From a virus: DNA of 64,000 nt. The DNA lies in IMG/VR virus record IMGVR_UViG_3300028025_005797, positions 1 to 64,000 of that record, one strand, 5' to 3'. Each line of letters opens with the position of its first letter. The stretch's first letter is position 1. The notes beneath the pieces were generated by a model that saw only the letters and a list, made by a program, of their open reading frames with translations, was not told the DNA's origin and did not search any database. The translations under genes and the position numbers were made by a program. Below are positions 25,001 through 35,800 of the stretch, piece after piece.

Positions 25001-28000
25001 TATTCTAATCTTGGATTCGGCATGTCTTCTGGAGTTAGTGATGCTGCGTTTGACCAACCGTCTCCTAGATCTCCGCCAAGGAATTGAGCTACACCAGTTC
25101 CATTTCCTGGATAAATATTTCTTTTAAATAATTCTAGATCTGGCTGTGATGCGAAGTTTGACCACATCGTTCTCATTATTCCAACCATTGGTAATCTTAC
25201 GTCAATACCAAATGGCGATCCACCTATTCCAGTTCCATTTGAATTATCGCCAAATGGATTCAATACACCAGCTACTGTACCAGCCCCACCAGTTATGCCA
25301 CTGCCTTGACCAACTGCCAATAAAGCGTCTGAAGATGCGTTTCTTATGCCAGAGATTCTATTTCTTTCTATGTCATTTAATGGCTCATAGAGTATTGTTC
25401 CAAAATGTTTAATTCCAAATTTATTTTCAGAAAATACAGCTCCTCTTGTTGCATGCGCAAAAGCTTCTCTTGTTCTAGAGGTGCCCATTGACAAAAGTCT
25501 AACCATCAAGTCTCTTGGTTCAGATAGGTAGAGTCCGGTGTTTAACCCTCCGTCTATATGTCCACTATCACCCTTTTTGTCAACAGAGTTCACTACTGGA
25601 CTAAGTTCAATGGCATCAGACTGACATGTAACGGTAACTATTTCTCCCAATTCAACTTCAGTTACTATGCCATTAAATAGTGTGTGAAGTGAGTTTGGAT
25701 TTGCACCATAGCCAACTCTTAAATGAACTCTTACTCCTGGCTTAAGTCTCATATTTTCTATGTCAACAATATATTGACTTTCCATATGGCCTAATTGATT
25801 TCTTGCAAAATTTAAAGTTCTATCTATTACTTGTTCAAGGCCAGAAGTTAATGATAGCTTATCTACACCAGGATTATCTTCTGTCTCGCCTCTTCCGCTA
25901 AATATTGTTGTAGCTTCTTTTGTCGAAAGCTTTGCGTACATGTTAGAAGCTCTAAACACCAGTGTGTCACCTAGGATATCTTCAGAAGATACTATAGAAA
26001 AATCTATTATAGATTGCAATCCGTAGAAGTTATCAAATAGTTTTGTACCAGCAAAATTTTTCTCATCTATTAACCAAAGCATATAGGTGGGAAATGCTCT
26101 AATCATTCTTCCGGATATATCTCTGTACTGAGTATCTATCATCATTTTTTCCCAGTGATCAGTAACACTCTTTGAGTTACCATTTGACTTCATTGTCTCT
26201 GGTCTACCCTCGTCTCCAGACGAATATGAATACTGATATTCAGATAATGCTTTTGCCCCAGGAACTCCTGTTAAAGATTTTGTTGTTCCGATATCTGGTG
26301 TTTGAGTATCGGTTATACCCACGTATTCAATTGAGCTATCTTTTTTAACAGCAACGTCATCTACAGTTAGGTAAAATCTTCCATTCTTTTTATCTATATA
26401 TCCAAACTGATACCCGTCTGCGGTGTGCATCATTGATGGAATTTTTGTATCATTAGGTCCAGATGCTGCTGGAAAAGTATTTATAATAGCATGCGCGTCT
26501 AGCTCATCTGGATTAAAGCTTACATAAGCGTCTTCTGCAAAACCATCTTTTTCTTGATTTCCGGATAACGCGGCTTGTAATTTTGCTCTTGCTTCTTCAT
26601 TAGAACTTGATAAATCTCCACCTCTTAACTGACCTGAAGATATTCTCCAACTAGAATCAGCTAAATCTTTACTATCAAATTCACCCTCATCTAAAGAGTC
26701 TACATAGTTTAATAAGAATTTATCATAAGGTTGATCAACATCTTTTAAAACCTGCAATATATAAGAAGCAGTTTCTGAAGCCTTTAATCCTAAAGTTCCT
26801 CTAGAGTAAGCTTTTAATTCATCTAATTGATCGTTTAATATATACTCTCTAAACTTAGCAATAACCGCAGAGCCTTTATATGAGGTTGATCCATATTGAG
26901 TTACTACGGTTACTTCTTGAGAGGGATCAACGTTAAATACATTGAGTCTAGAAAGCTTGCCCTTATTATCGGTTATGCTATGTATAACGTCTCTGTCAAA
27001 CATCTCAAAACTTCTAAAGTAAAAATCTGGATCAAGACATCCTACAACTTCGCTATCCTTATTTCTGATTTCTAAAGGAAAGTCTGGGTATGAGTTAAAC
27101 GATCCCCACAGTTGCTTCATTCTTAAGAATGGATTTTTCTTTGTCCCAAATTCTTCAATCATCTTCCTCTGTTGCTCGGAAGATAATTGTTCACGCTTTT
27201 GCTGGAAGATATCAAAGTCTACCAATCTTAAAGAAACATCATAAACGTGTGGGAAGTTTGGTATAGTTGAAACATTAAACGAGAGAGGAAGAACATATTT
27301 AACTCCAGCTAAAGCTGTTATTATATTCTTAATTCCCAAGAAACCCATAACTCCAGCTGCGTGCTCAAGTCTGGCTAATCCATTAATGTGATCAAATATT
27401 TTTCTTAATTTTATTAATTCTTTTTCGCCAAAAACTTTCATGGAAATATTTATATAACTATCTCCACCACCAACGTGTTGATAGGTTGGCTCGTCTTGCA
27501 TTTGAACTTGTAGTGGAATTATGTTGTTACTCATTGAGATGGAGACGTCAGTAACAATTGCGTTGGCTGGATCTATGTCAACTCTTATCATTGGAACTTC
27601 CCACTCTCTTATGTGGAAACTTCCATTTCTTTCTCTAGCTGCTTCCATCAAATCTCTGATTGGTCCAGCCTTAAAGAATCTTTCATAGACCATAGCGCTA
27701 TACCCTGCGGCAAACTGATCTTTAATTATTGATCTTTCTTTTTCTTTCCATTCGGTGTCGGTAGTCTTTCCTGCATTTACTGCTCTCTTCTGTAAATACT
27801 CGTCAACCATAAAGTCAAGATAAGAACTTGTGCTCAGAGCCTTATTCTTAAAGAAAGATTTTATTTCAGATAGTGTTTCATCTTTAAATACTATTGCCCC
27901 AAAAACATATCTTTCAACATCCTCATATGCGTTTTCTGTTCTACTAAAATCTCTTAAATAAGACTTTCTACCTGAATCAAGTTGTGGATTTTGAAATATA

Positions 28001-30480
28001 AAACTTGTTATAATAAAATCATAAGCCTTTTTTTGAAAATCTGTTGTATTTCTTCCTGCAGTTAATATGTCAATACTTTGTAATATTTTTTGGTTAACAG
28101 TAAACTCAACAATATTTCCAGTAGAGGTTGTTATAACTGAATCTAATGTTCTATGGTATCCAGCTGATTCATTAATATCAATACCAAAATTAGCCAACAT
28201 TTGATTCCAGAAACTTCTACCTGTATCAGTCAAACCTTTTTCTTCATCAGATCTAAATCCAGATATATCTGGAGTAAATATTTTAGTTTGAGTTTCAGCT
28301 GGCATATAGAATGATAAGTTGCTACCATTCGTCCATTCTCTAATTACGTTAGTCGTAAACACTTCGTTCTTATAGCCCAAGAGAGCGTCGTTAACGATCT
28401 TAGAAGGAGATATCCCAGCTTGAGCCGAGAGCCTATCAGAGGCCGCCTGCATGCCTCTCAGGTCGTCCTGAGTGACATCTCCATTTCTATCGGTGTCAAG
28501 CATTGCTTCGGCAACTGAAACCATTGCGTCTTTTGTTGCATTAAGGAGACCCTCTTTGCCAAACATTAAGAATTCTTCATTTATATAATTATGAAGAGCT
28601 CCAGCTGCCTTACCCATATACTGCCTAAACTTACCCCAATGTATTGCTTGATTAAAGTCATTAAGCATTGGTAAGAATGGCTTATGGTTAAAGTTATATA
28701 AATTTAATGTGACTACTAGCGCGAAAGGATAACTTGGTATTGTAGAAATTGACATACCATGTAGTGCGACACCTGTTATTCCGTATACAGAATTTAAATA
28801 ATGATTTCTAATCGGAAGAAATGGCGCATACTTAAATGCAGCAACTAGACCTCTTAATGAGGAAAGGAACTTATCTATCTTTTCTTCATTGTCACCATTA
28901 CCACTAAAATCTATTGTGAAGTTATCTTTAAGGCTAATCTTTGAAGCGTCCTCAATTGAGATACCCCATATCTCTTCATAATTAGGAAAGAATAGTTGCA
29001 TACTAATAGTTGTATGCTTGTATCCGGAGTTAAACTTTGGACTGTTTTTTTGTCTTAGCGCGCCTTCTCCTAAACTGCTTGTTTTGAACTGCGTCTGAAC
29101 ATCTATGCCAATTGGTGGAACATAAAAATTAGATGCGCCTAATCTAAGATGAAATATATCTGGAGAAGATGGTGGAATATTTTGCCTAAATGGAAATTCT
29201 GCAATAGCTTTTTCTATTCTTTGACCAGTATTAATGAGATCCCATGCACCGGTAAAAATGTTTTCACCATTAACCTGACCAAGAGAAGCCATCAAATCAT
29301 TTAATACTGCTTGACCATCGTTAAGTGGATCTTCTGATCCGCCACCTTTTCCATCATTTGAATAGTCAGCAGTTGCTGCTAGCGCAGCAAAGAAAAAGTT
29401 AACTAGTTCTGGAAAGTATCTATAGATGGTAGCTAATGTTACGGGGTCTCTAGAGAGTCTTTGTAGGACAACAGTAAGCTGTTGAAGCCAACCAGTATCT
29501 CTTACTCCATCTAGTACGTTTGCTGCACCGGCGCTACCCTTAACTCTTTCAAGAGTAGACAATCTAGATCTACCATATGCTTGCATTGCGTCAATATAAC
29601 TTAGTAGGTCAAAAAGACCTGACGCTTCAATTTTATCAAATAAAGATTTTTGATAAGTGTCATTCAATTTAATTATATCCATAGTTGGAGATGCAACTGC
29701 TATAAATTGATTAACATAATTATCCTGAAAAGCTTTATCAAAGACAAAACTTGCATTGTTTTTTCTTACTAGGCTTTCATAATATGAAGAAATTGAAGAA
29801 TAAGAACTATCGGAATGATCAAAACCAATTATAGCTGCTCCACGAGATATAAATTCTTCTAAAACCGCTGCTCTTTCTATTGATGGACCAAGTAAATCCT
29901 CTTCAACGGCTGGAGGCTCTTGAACATCTTCTGGTGTTTGTGGTGTGTCTGCTGGATTATCACTACCTATATTAAAATCTTTTACTCTTTGTCCAATAAA
30001 ACTAGCCATTATCGTGGCTGACTCTATTGCACTCCAGCATGAGCCGCTCTTGCCAACACCTGCATACCATGCTTCAAATGCTTTTGCATAAGCTACATCT
30101 GTTAGGTCAATATTTTTAGTTGGTATTTTTTCATCAAACTTCTTCAGAATGCTGTTGACTATATAATCTACTGGATTTTCGCCAGTTCTTGTATCCTGTC
30201 GTTTAAGTGCCCTAATTGCTGCATTTCGCCAAGCAACGTCGTTAAAATCAGGTGGAGCAATTTTAATACCCTGTGGTAGCTGTGCGACACCGGCCCACAC
30301 GCCTATCGTACCAGGAAAGCCAGGTAGAACTGTTTGTAATTTAGCTAATGCTGCTGTTTCAATTGTATTTGAATTTACATTTAATGTTATCTGTTGAATC
30401 TCAAGAACGTAATCGTCTGCTTGCTGCTTGGTGGTAAACTGTTCTTTTATATAATCGAATGCTTGTTGATTTATGGTCAT
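19069..30480 (-). CDS. Giant baseplate hub/tail protein (3803 aa) with a C-terminal SNase-like OB domain
   Basis: Hub-like motifs RVGYG...LFNGIVTEV...VTCQSDAIEL and IGSPDIRPHD...FEVEQVVHHF..GFITSI. VIDGDEI...VRLEGI near the C-terminus. Confidence 0.6.
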   Translation of the reverse strand: MTINQQAFDYIKEQFTTKQQADDYVLEIQQITLNVNSNTIETAALAKLQTVLPGFPGTIGVWAGVAQLPQGIKIAPPDFNDVAWRNAAIRALKRQDTRTGENPVDYIVNSILKKFDEKIPTKNIDLTDVAYAKAFEAWYAGVGKSGSCWSAIESATIMASFIGQRVKDFNIGSDNPADTPQTPEDVQEPPAVEEDLLGPSIERAAVLEEFISRGAAIIGFDHSDSSYSSISSYYESLVRKNNASFVFDKAFQDNYVNQFIAVASPTMDIIKLNDTYQKSLFDKIEASGLFDLLSYIDAMQAYGRSRLSTLERVKGSAGAANVLDGVRDTGWLQQLTVVLQRLSRDPVTLATIYRYFPELVNFFFAALAATADYSNDGKGGGSEDPLNDGQAVLNDLMASLGQVNGENIFTGAWDLINTGQRIEKAIAEFPFRQNIPPSSPDIFHLRLGASNFYVPPIGIDVQTQFKTSSLGEGALRQKNSPKFNSGYKHTTISMQLFFPNYEEIWGISIEDASKISLKDNFTIDFSGNGDNEEKIDKFLSSLRGLVAAFKYAPFLPIRNHYLNSVYGITGVALHGMSISTIPSYPFALVVTLNLYNFNHKPFLPMLNDFNQAIHWGKFRQYMGKAAGALHNYINEEFLMFGKEGLLNATKDAMVSVAEAMLDTDRNGDVTQDDLRGMQAASDRLSAQAGISPSKIVNDALLGYKNEVFTTNVIREWTNGSNLSFYMPAETQTKIFTPDISGFRSDEEKGLTDTGRSFWNQMLANFGIDINESAGYHRTLDSVITTSTGNIVEFTVNQKILQSIDILTAGRNTTDFQKKAYDFIITSFIFQNPQLDSGRKSYLRDFSRTENAYEDVERYVFGAIVFKDETLSEIKSFFKNKALSTSSYLDFMVDEYLQKRAVNAGKTTDTEWKEKERSIIKDQFAAGYSAMVYERFFKAGPIRDLMEAARERNGSFHIREWEVPMIRVDIDPANAIVTDVSISMSNNIIPLQVQMQDEPTYQHVGGGDSYINISMKVFGEKELIKLRKIFDHINGLARLEHAAGVMGFLGIKNIITALAGVKYVLPLSFNVSTIPNFPHVYDVSLRLVDFDIFQQKREQLSSEQQRKMIEEFGTKKNPFLRMKQLWGSFNSYPDFPLEIRNKDSEVVGCLDPDFYFRSFEMFDRDVIHSITDNKGKLSRLNVFNVDPSQEVTVVTQYGSTSYKGSAVIAKFREYILNDQLDELKAYSRGTLGLKASETASYILQVLKDVDQPYDKFLLNYVDSLDEGEFDSKDLADSSWRISSGQLRGGDLSSSNEEARAKLQAALSGNQEKDGFAEDAYVSFNPDELDAHAIINTFPAASGPNDTKIPSMMHTADGYQFGYIDKKNGRFYLTVDDVAVKKDSSIEYVGITDTQTPDIGTTKSLTGVPGAKALSEYQYSYSSGDEGRPETMKSNGNSKSVTDHWEKMMIDTQYRDISGRMIRAFPTYMLWLIDEKNFAGTKLFDNFYGLQSIIDFSIVSSEDILGDTLVFRASNMYAKLSTKEATTIFSGRGETEDNPGVDKLSLTSGLEQVIDRTLNFARNQLGHMESQYIVDIENMRLKPGVRVHLRVGYGANPNSLHTLFNGIVTEVELGEIVTVTCQSDAIELSPVVNSVDKKGDSGHIDGGLNTGLYLSEPRDLMVRLLSMGTSRTREAFAHATRGAVFSENKFGIKHFGTILYEPLNDIERNRISGIRNASSDALLAVGQGSGITGGAGTVAGVLNPFGDNSNGTGIGGSPFGIDVRLPMVGIMRTMWSNFASQPDLELFKRNIYPGNGTGVAQFLGGDLGDGWSNAASLTPEDMPNPRLEYLNRLTDSSWNNLLQRYDSGSENASAAIDNLTQGMEARASGGTAANILGGGLLAAGAALAIGTGGIALPFIGGAMAVGGGASLLGSLTGRGGVNIWKTFGLISDLDDDMPGFDEVSFRAQTYMKSVWDLFQMCARLLPNYIVAVRPFEDRSTVFYGKPHWLYTSAVVPITTGFPSEKRAVELGLKTPSYRSPDSELMDLLTKVNKQSNSTADYEAMRQAQNPAISISEIVKQQSSYSDIYAPAGILRGKVINFLDPSRTTYYGSKNSTTLSVNADSMDRQLAGKKNDILSEIPKSKGYVTVGFHLPIDSSGKASELDIEKMKNIHKEIPQMPLRFSFPFFTDRVAGAALLDYAFYALSSNRSGEGDDRLKTGTIHDGDKDFEKLGNDTLYTSLIDTEAGLIAGSLTDNREGGSADEFVINLAAVSFTAALNPINTFGNDKFIFDLSTDGAMGSKSLIRMPLPSLREQSRGLNPLEGSWEYEYINQNAITSGSPFSYRDWGSPTNALDEQFYIAMRWPYEITEDKDDEIFKKFKDKYFSDRDVNQFYGKPKDYKNRKVLVYSPTTRTAVVCKPAYFLWGTDKADLITGNNASGDFAKGRDEDHFINFKNDTFTEVDLAAVVSPDAAYFLGIMHLTENEKEFFNSDDAASERTRVLTQAGLAPVPMPRDCYFTFVDDSIPLGVVTTIYNPANEFRYKGESDIDNSYFVGFGTFSAEGDGKLLVEEATKAGMQKLGLSGSADSIERQLELLNERPTAFTNTQWQEYIPISGITLLDQGHFAEAAARGGNILAGAGEENSYFDYILKAEYSPLEREALYKILDDELPTTGDTKTGSGRERFAPVYDPASPESIRAREFFDEGFSQATHVIAGNGRNLNQANDVWDQFRFGYHNEIAVKKIFFDAFGMDPDDKTPLPDFLIDILRNPKANPDIFKLFSANGPDATAVDEFSLLLGSDFIANPNQRTGKPYGTADSMERQIESGAGLSVSSDTVKQAIEFARKNLVDAPLDEGGLVRYFDALTKTKYKKLGLFLQSQSNLSLILGADVGGGQPKADDIIKDNFTPKQVFLLIVGMFRQAMWQDAYARAWLVLKPNRQYSSDDMWDFSPVHKIFAAFIDPNQDYASDKRKFLKLLADNKGEGNSAGNVVGVLTHNIDSFWDQNIGPLFTALSDGLSGLMNMFRMSMLQMGYGLSNIDNFSKQANIMNKVLNDSIYYSLGRPGSLLRAIDNPFTREYGEPVVEVREPFQKIHYLSSFSTIIANNIQETTTNVATQVTAVSEGKYPVTVALDKSIPAERQVEKTVETGLYFDNIAGEGLFGIAQPLFHPIEFARGAIKLSQGAPDELMARRVALAHLKESLKDIYSGELIVIGSPDIRPHDLVYLADVYERMYGIFEVEQVVHHFTPNMGFITSITPNALVTVNDPARWFMSSWIHSWMSIQNIRNDTRSLINSVQAGSTGILSGGNISVDGMSEALRSQMMGGVQFTHGSSALMSDIMANFAAEGLTDAQSQIENQMKQNSENGMSLKGIAATYLTTVGLTATAGALLGGPIGAGIGAGVASDLFWKGWKWVRDNVLDQHGCYISYLNKNGQPMDASLSINQGMVVGRYHTKRLLPGILGVKSKVRTVDGNAFIRNDDLLKSLGWKEKEITDLVRYVSYENALVNAEVLKYSGTGPDKTGLNQYFKVICKLNNVIDGDEIEVIDLMNPTGQPFKVRLEGIIASSLGTFQAYTNTSIQAGYKPDDPTTAINVNSPGGRSAIFVSERLRDKPFVIRISPNDQSSVSIYTEDDLSPGSRINNTNSYFKGVNYGDQEREKSLGTVFYRILDEDKEANIALIRSFFVRYIGLSIIEKKKKFKETLYDESVFGKKFDEIYNSIYTSDMENHFEITGETDPLLTITNDERKLFNDLVNFKILEVLYSKASEWPYISWDEYYNDGVPATLNWELVTNNLAQVYTVDLLRERASTGGLDRYIPMPNYVEQKGGL

Positions 30481-30489
30481 AGATGCTAC

Positions 30490-32851
30490 CTAAAACATTC
30501 TTTCAATATGGTTCATTTTATTTAATCTATCTCCAGAAGAGTTTTGTTTTAAAGAACTTGAATAGTTATCTATTATAGCAGAGTTGTTCATATTATTTGA
30601 AATAGGAGTAAATGCTGGGGCGTCTCCTAATATCGATGATGTCTTTTGTCTATATCTAGCTTGTTGATTAGCTGGATTATCGTAGCCAGCTCCATTAGCT
30701 TGTACATAAGCTGGAGATGAATTCATATAACCTTCATATGAACCTCTCATTGGATCAGATGGTGCTTGCGATTCTGGGGAATATCCGTGCATGTTTGCTT
30801 GATTTGATCCACTACTTTTTTTAGTTGCTCCGAAATGCAATTGCTCCTGCGGCAACTGCAACTCCTATGGCTGCCATATTCTTGGGTTTAGAAATTATTT
30901 TTTTACCTATATTTAAAATACCATTAGATGCTTTTGTAGCAGCTGCAGTTACCGCTGTTGCACTGCCGCCAGCAACTACAGCTTCAGCTGCAGCACCGGC
31001 GGGAGCAGTTGAACGCGTTGAAGCTGCTGCAGTTACAGTAGAAGCTAAGTTATCTGCTTCCATGGTAGCTGCTGTAGATGCAGCGGCAGCAGTATCTGAG
31101 GCTCCTGCTATAATCACTTCTGATTGAGCTGCGGCTTCATCTATTTTTGATCTTAAATATGGAGCTCTTTTACCTGATCCAGAAACATAATCTGGATCAT
31201 ATGCTGGAGCATCAGGAAGCATTGAAATATCTTCTCCGCGTTTAGCGAGTTCTGTATCTATGTGCCCTATCGTGCCCCTATCCACATTGTGCATTGCGCC
31301 AGTACCGGTAGAACTTGGGTGGACATTAGAATATTCTGGATCTAGTAATTTATCATATACTTTAGCTCTTCTATCAACCAGTTCTTCAACTGACATTGCT
31401 GAAGGAACCTTATTTACAGATCTTCCATTAACCATTTGTTGTGGCAGGAAATCAGCTTTGTCTGGTTGAATCAATGGCTTTTTAGTTGCTGCTGCTGCTG
31501 CTCTGGCATTAGAATCTGCTACTGCGGCAGACCCGGTTGGTAGACCTGAAGCTCTTGATCTCATCATCTGTACTTGTTCTTTTTTAAGAACCGTTTCAAT
31601 TTCTTCAATAGTTGCAGAACCAGATGGGCTATATTTAGGATTGGCTTTTAAATCTTGAAAAGTCTCACCATTAACCACCACATTGCGATTATCTTTAGCT
31701 TCATTTAATATTGCTTGATGTGCGTAATTAGTATTAGTGTTTAGTATACTTTCTAGTTCATTAATTGCATTAGGTATTTCAACCTCATGCGAAAGATCGG
31801 TTAATGCTTTTCTTCCGATTGAAATTGGATCATTTATGTAGGCATCGGGGAAACCACCTCCGCAGAGAAATACTGTCCGGAGATAAAATTCCACCTTCTG
31901 ATTTTATTCTACCAACATGGTCTAAATACTTTGCATAAAGATCATCTGGATTTTCTGCTAAGGATTTTAATCTATCTGCTTTTTTCCCTGCTTGATGTGC
32001 TGCATAATCAGAATCAAACATAGCGTTAGCTCTGGCTTGAGATTCAGCTTGAAAGATTTCCTCTGGTGTTTCAGCAGAGAGGCTGGTTCCGTCTAAGTCG
32101 CCCAGTTGATGACGAGGGAGCTGCTGAAGGAGAAGTCGCAGGAGTAAGAGGGAGAGCACCTGGTTTCATTTTAGGTAATCTAACAGGAAGAACTTTACCC
32201 TGTTTTTCAACAAAATCTAAATCTTCTATTGCGGCTGTGATTGGTGGATTAGCTTTTACACCATAAATAGGATTAGCAGCGTCTTCAAAAAAAGTTGCTG
32301 TGCCATCGCTTCTGTAGACATCTTTTACCCTATTTCCACCATGACTTGTGGTAATTATTCCATCTTCTGAAAGTGTTTCATAAATATTTTTTCCTAAAAC
32401 TGGATCACTAGTTATTCCCGATCCTGATTTTAATGCTTCGTCAATATTCTTTCCAAGTCCTAAACCAAGTTCATCTTTATCGCCAAAAAAGATCCTATCA
32501 AAAACAAATGGATCATCTTGAGTTGCTATATTGTCAGGAACGCTAGCTCGATTTCCTAGCCATCCTAAACCGAGGAGTATCTGATGACAGATGACCTGTT
32601 CCGTCATCGACTCCATACCTAGCAGCTCTTCCGTCATCTAATAGGAAGTAGTGAGATGATGGAAGCGAAGTTGAACCGCGAGTGGAATTTCTCATACCCG
32701 TTTCGGGATTTATATCTCCCATCCCAGTTCTAAATATACTTTTAACTTTTCCAGCTTCAAAAGCTTCTCTTACAGAGGCTGGCATGTTCTCTTCTATATC
32801 TGGAATTAATTTTTTAGCTACTTCTAGCATATTTGGATTCACATCTGACAT
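30490..32851 (-). CDS. Ala-rich virion protein, about 785 aa, rebuilt from five ORF fragments by four +1 shifts
   Basis: 2362 nt minus 4 = 786 codons. Shifts at 32572, 32091, 31862 and 30832, each at an in-frame CGG. Hydrophobic helix MAAIGVAVAAGAIAF-G. Confidence 0.65.
30829..30832 (-). other. +1 recoding site 3: TTT CGG A
   Basis: Zero frame CGG AGC AAC TAA; +1 frame GATKKSSGSN. Confidence 0.8.
31859..31862 (-). other. +1 recoding site 4: CTG CGG A
   Basis: The +1 frame GGGFPDAYINDP continues into ORF 30821-31894. Confidence 0.8.
32088..32091 (-). other. +1 recoding site 5: AGA CGG A
   Basis: The +1 frame GTSLSAETPEE continues into ORF 31830-32159. Confidence 0.78.
32569..32572 (-). other. 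+1 recoding site 6: CCT CGG T
   Basis: The +1 frame GLGWLGNRASVPDN continues into ORF 32071-32637. Confidence 0.78.
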
Positions 32852-32877
32852 AAATTAATTTATCCTTTAATATAAAA

Positions 32878-35800
32878 TTAAAAAGAACCCGCTATATCGT
32901 TGTAGGGATCGCGTCCTAGAGAAGGTAGGCTATCATGCATAGTACCTCTAACTTGTCCATTTGTTACTAATCCGCGCTCTATTCATAAATTCTTCCATCT
33001 GTCCTTGATCGCCGTTAACCGATATGTTATAAGACATTCCTTGATTCCCAGAAGCTATTGGAGCATCAGGTATTTGCATTTGTTGAGTTGGAATTCTTTC
33101 ATAAGGATTTCCACCAGGTAGCAAAGGAGGTCCAGACATTGCTTCTTGTGTGTGTTCTTTTTTATTGATTGAACCAAAGATTGCTAGTCCAGTAGCGATT
33201 GCAGCTACGCCAGCTATCTTTCCCTTATTTCTTAAAGCCCCTTGATACATTTCTCTCATTTGTGGTGACTTAATGAAGTCCTGTATTCTTGTATACTTTC
33301 CAGAAGCCAATGGACCAATTTCAGCAAACGATTGAGACGCTGCCCTAGCAGCTCTGGCTTCCTCATCTTCACTTTCGCGAATGAATTTTTTCATCATACT
33401 TTCTATTGATTCGCTTATTGTTCCCATTGAATCTTCAGTGGCTTCTTTTGTTAGACGAGGAGTTATTACTCCCTCTGCTGTTACTGCACCGCCATCTTCA
33501 GCAAATCTTTTAAATTGCTGATACACCTCTTCTTTTTGACTTTCTAGTGCAGTATATCTTTGTCTGATTAAACCAATTGTTCTTTGTCTATTTGAGATTC
33601 TTGCTGCGATTACTTTCTCATCATTTATACCTTCTGCAGCAGCAGCGTTTCTGATTCTTTCAGCGATTATATTTTCTGTTCTTATAGGATCTTCGTTAAA
33701 GGCAAGAAAGTCTTCTAGGAGATCCATCTTTATTGACGATCCGCTCATATCATCTAAGACTCGTTGTACCTCTTCTGCGTTAACTAATTTTGGTATTGAT
33801 CCTAAAATTCTTGTTTCAGCATTTGTTGCTGAACCTACATCTGTTTTAAATAGATTAGATAAAAAATCTTTATCCATTAAATTTTTTGGAACTAATAGAT
33901 TTGGATCAGCGCTCATACCGTTCAATAGCGCGTTTACTTGAAAGTGCTTGTATTAAAGCGACCATATCATTTGTTTGTTGTGCCGCAAATCCTTTAGTTA
34001 ATCTTAATTCATTATTAGTTCTAACATAAGAAGCTAAATTTTGAACAGAAAATTTTTCCATTCCGGGTATAGCGATTTCGATTGCTTCATCTGATTTAAG
34101 AACTGCTTCAAGCATTGTGCCCATAGTGGTTTGAACTTCTTGAATTATAGTAGGATTGCGGACACGACTTGCATTTTTCATTTGTTCTATTTCGAATAGA
34201 AGTCTATCCATAACATCTTCTACGTTTTCCATTTTACTTCCTGGACCAACATTTTGAAACTCTTGAGTGTAGTCTGTGAAAAATTTTTGAACAGCTCTTC
34301 TAGTTTGTAATTGAGCTGAGTCCCTTGACAATGTAAGGCTTGCCGTAACTCTTTCCTTAAGACTTCTATATGCTTGTTTTGAGGGAATATTTTTTAATTC
34401 ATCTAATTCACCTCTGTCTACAATACCTTGACTCATTAAAGATTTTGCTAAAGATGTTCTTGGATTAAGTGTTGTTCTATTAAAGTTTTTAGTTCTTTCA
34501 ACTTGTTCTAAAATATTATTTTGTATTATCAAATCTTCTATTGATTTTCCATACGAATTTCCATACAAATTTCCATCTTTCAAACTTGCTGTAATTTCAC
34601 CAGTTAATTGCTTCATTACTGCATCTAACTCTGGTGTAACGAATGCAAGATCAAGTCCTTTTATTGGAGCATACGGGTTAAATGATTTTTGTTTCATTCT
34701 ATTTTGGAACTTGAGTATGTCTTCATTAACATTTTCCATAATTGTAACTGGATCTTTTATTCCGTAATTTCTCATTCCCTCTTCATCTAGTTGAAAAATT
34801 TCTAAAAGATTAAATTTAGCTTCTTCTCCTGAAACTGTTCTACCAGCAATGTTTTCTCCAGCTCTCGCAATATTATTTATTTTAGATATCACACTATTTT
34901 CTGGTAAAGAAACTTTAAGTATTTTTGTTACTCTTTCGGCGCCTTCAGCAATTGAATTTATAACCGTATTGATATCTCCATTCCCTGCGTCATCTATAAT
35001 TGTAGATAATTTTAAGTCTGAAGAAAATTGATCAAAACCAACCATTCCTATTCCGTCAAACTTTATATCAGGATACAACTCTTGTAGTGCTCTTATCATG
35101 CCCATCTGTTGTGCGGTGTTTTTAACTAGGGCATTACCAACATTGTCCGACGCTAGGTTTACTATACCTATTAGTTCTTTACTAAGTTCATCATTCCTAG
35201 CAAGTATTTTGCTCATTACTTCTTCAGCTGAGCCAATAAGTTTTCCAGAGTCATCGACTAATCCGGCTCTCTTTGCTAAGCCGGAAAGTTTATTTTCTTT
35301 ATCATCTGCTGACAACAAAGAAAATAATGCGTTGCCCAAACTTCTTTGAGCTATCTCTTCAGAAAAACCAACTCCTCTAGTAAGATTGAATGCCATTAAT
35401 AAATCACTATTTGATGCAGATAAATTTACTTTCATTTTTGCGCCTACGCCTGCGTCAATTGCGCCTTCTGGGTTAAAGACAAGGGATGTAGCTGCTTGAA
35501 TTCTTGTAGCTAATTGTTCTAACTCTACACTTCCATTTGGTCCTTTTGCATATTCTAATATTCTTCCAATGGCTGCAAGTCTTTGCTCTTCTGAAGAAAC
35601 TGCCCAACCAAGCCTATTGACATACTTACCTAATTCACCAGTAGGAGCTGACATTGAAGCAACGTTAGCTCTTTGGAACATTGCGTCTAAGGCGGTTTTA
35701 ACTCCGTATTACTACTTCTTCCACGTTTCTTTCACTAGCTGATCTAAATAAACCGCCTGATGATCTAATGGCAAAATCCATATCTGTTACTGCGCTACCA

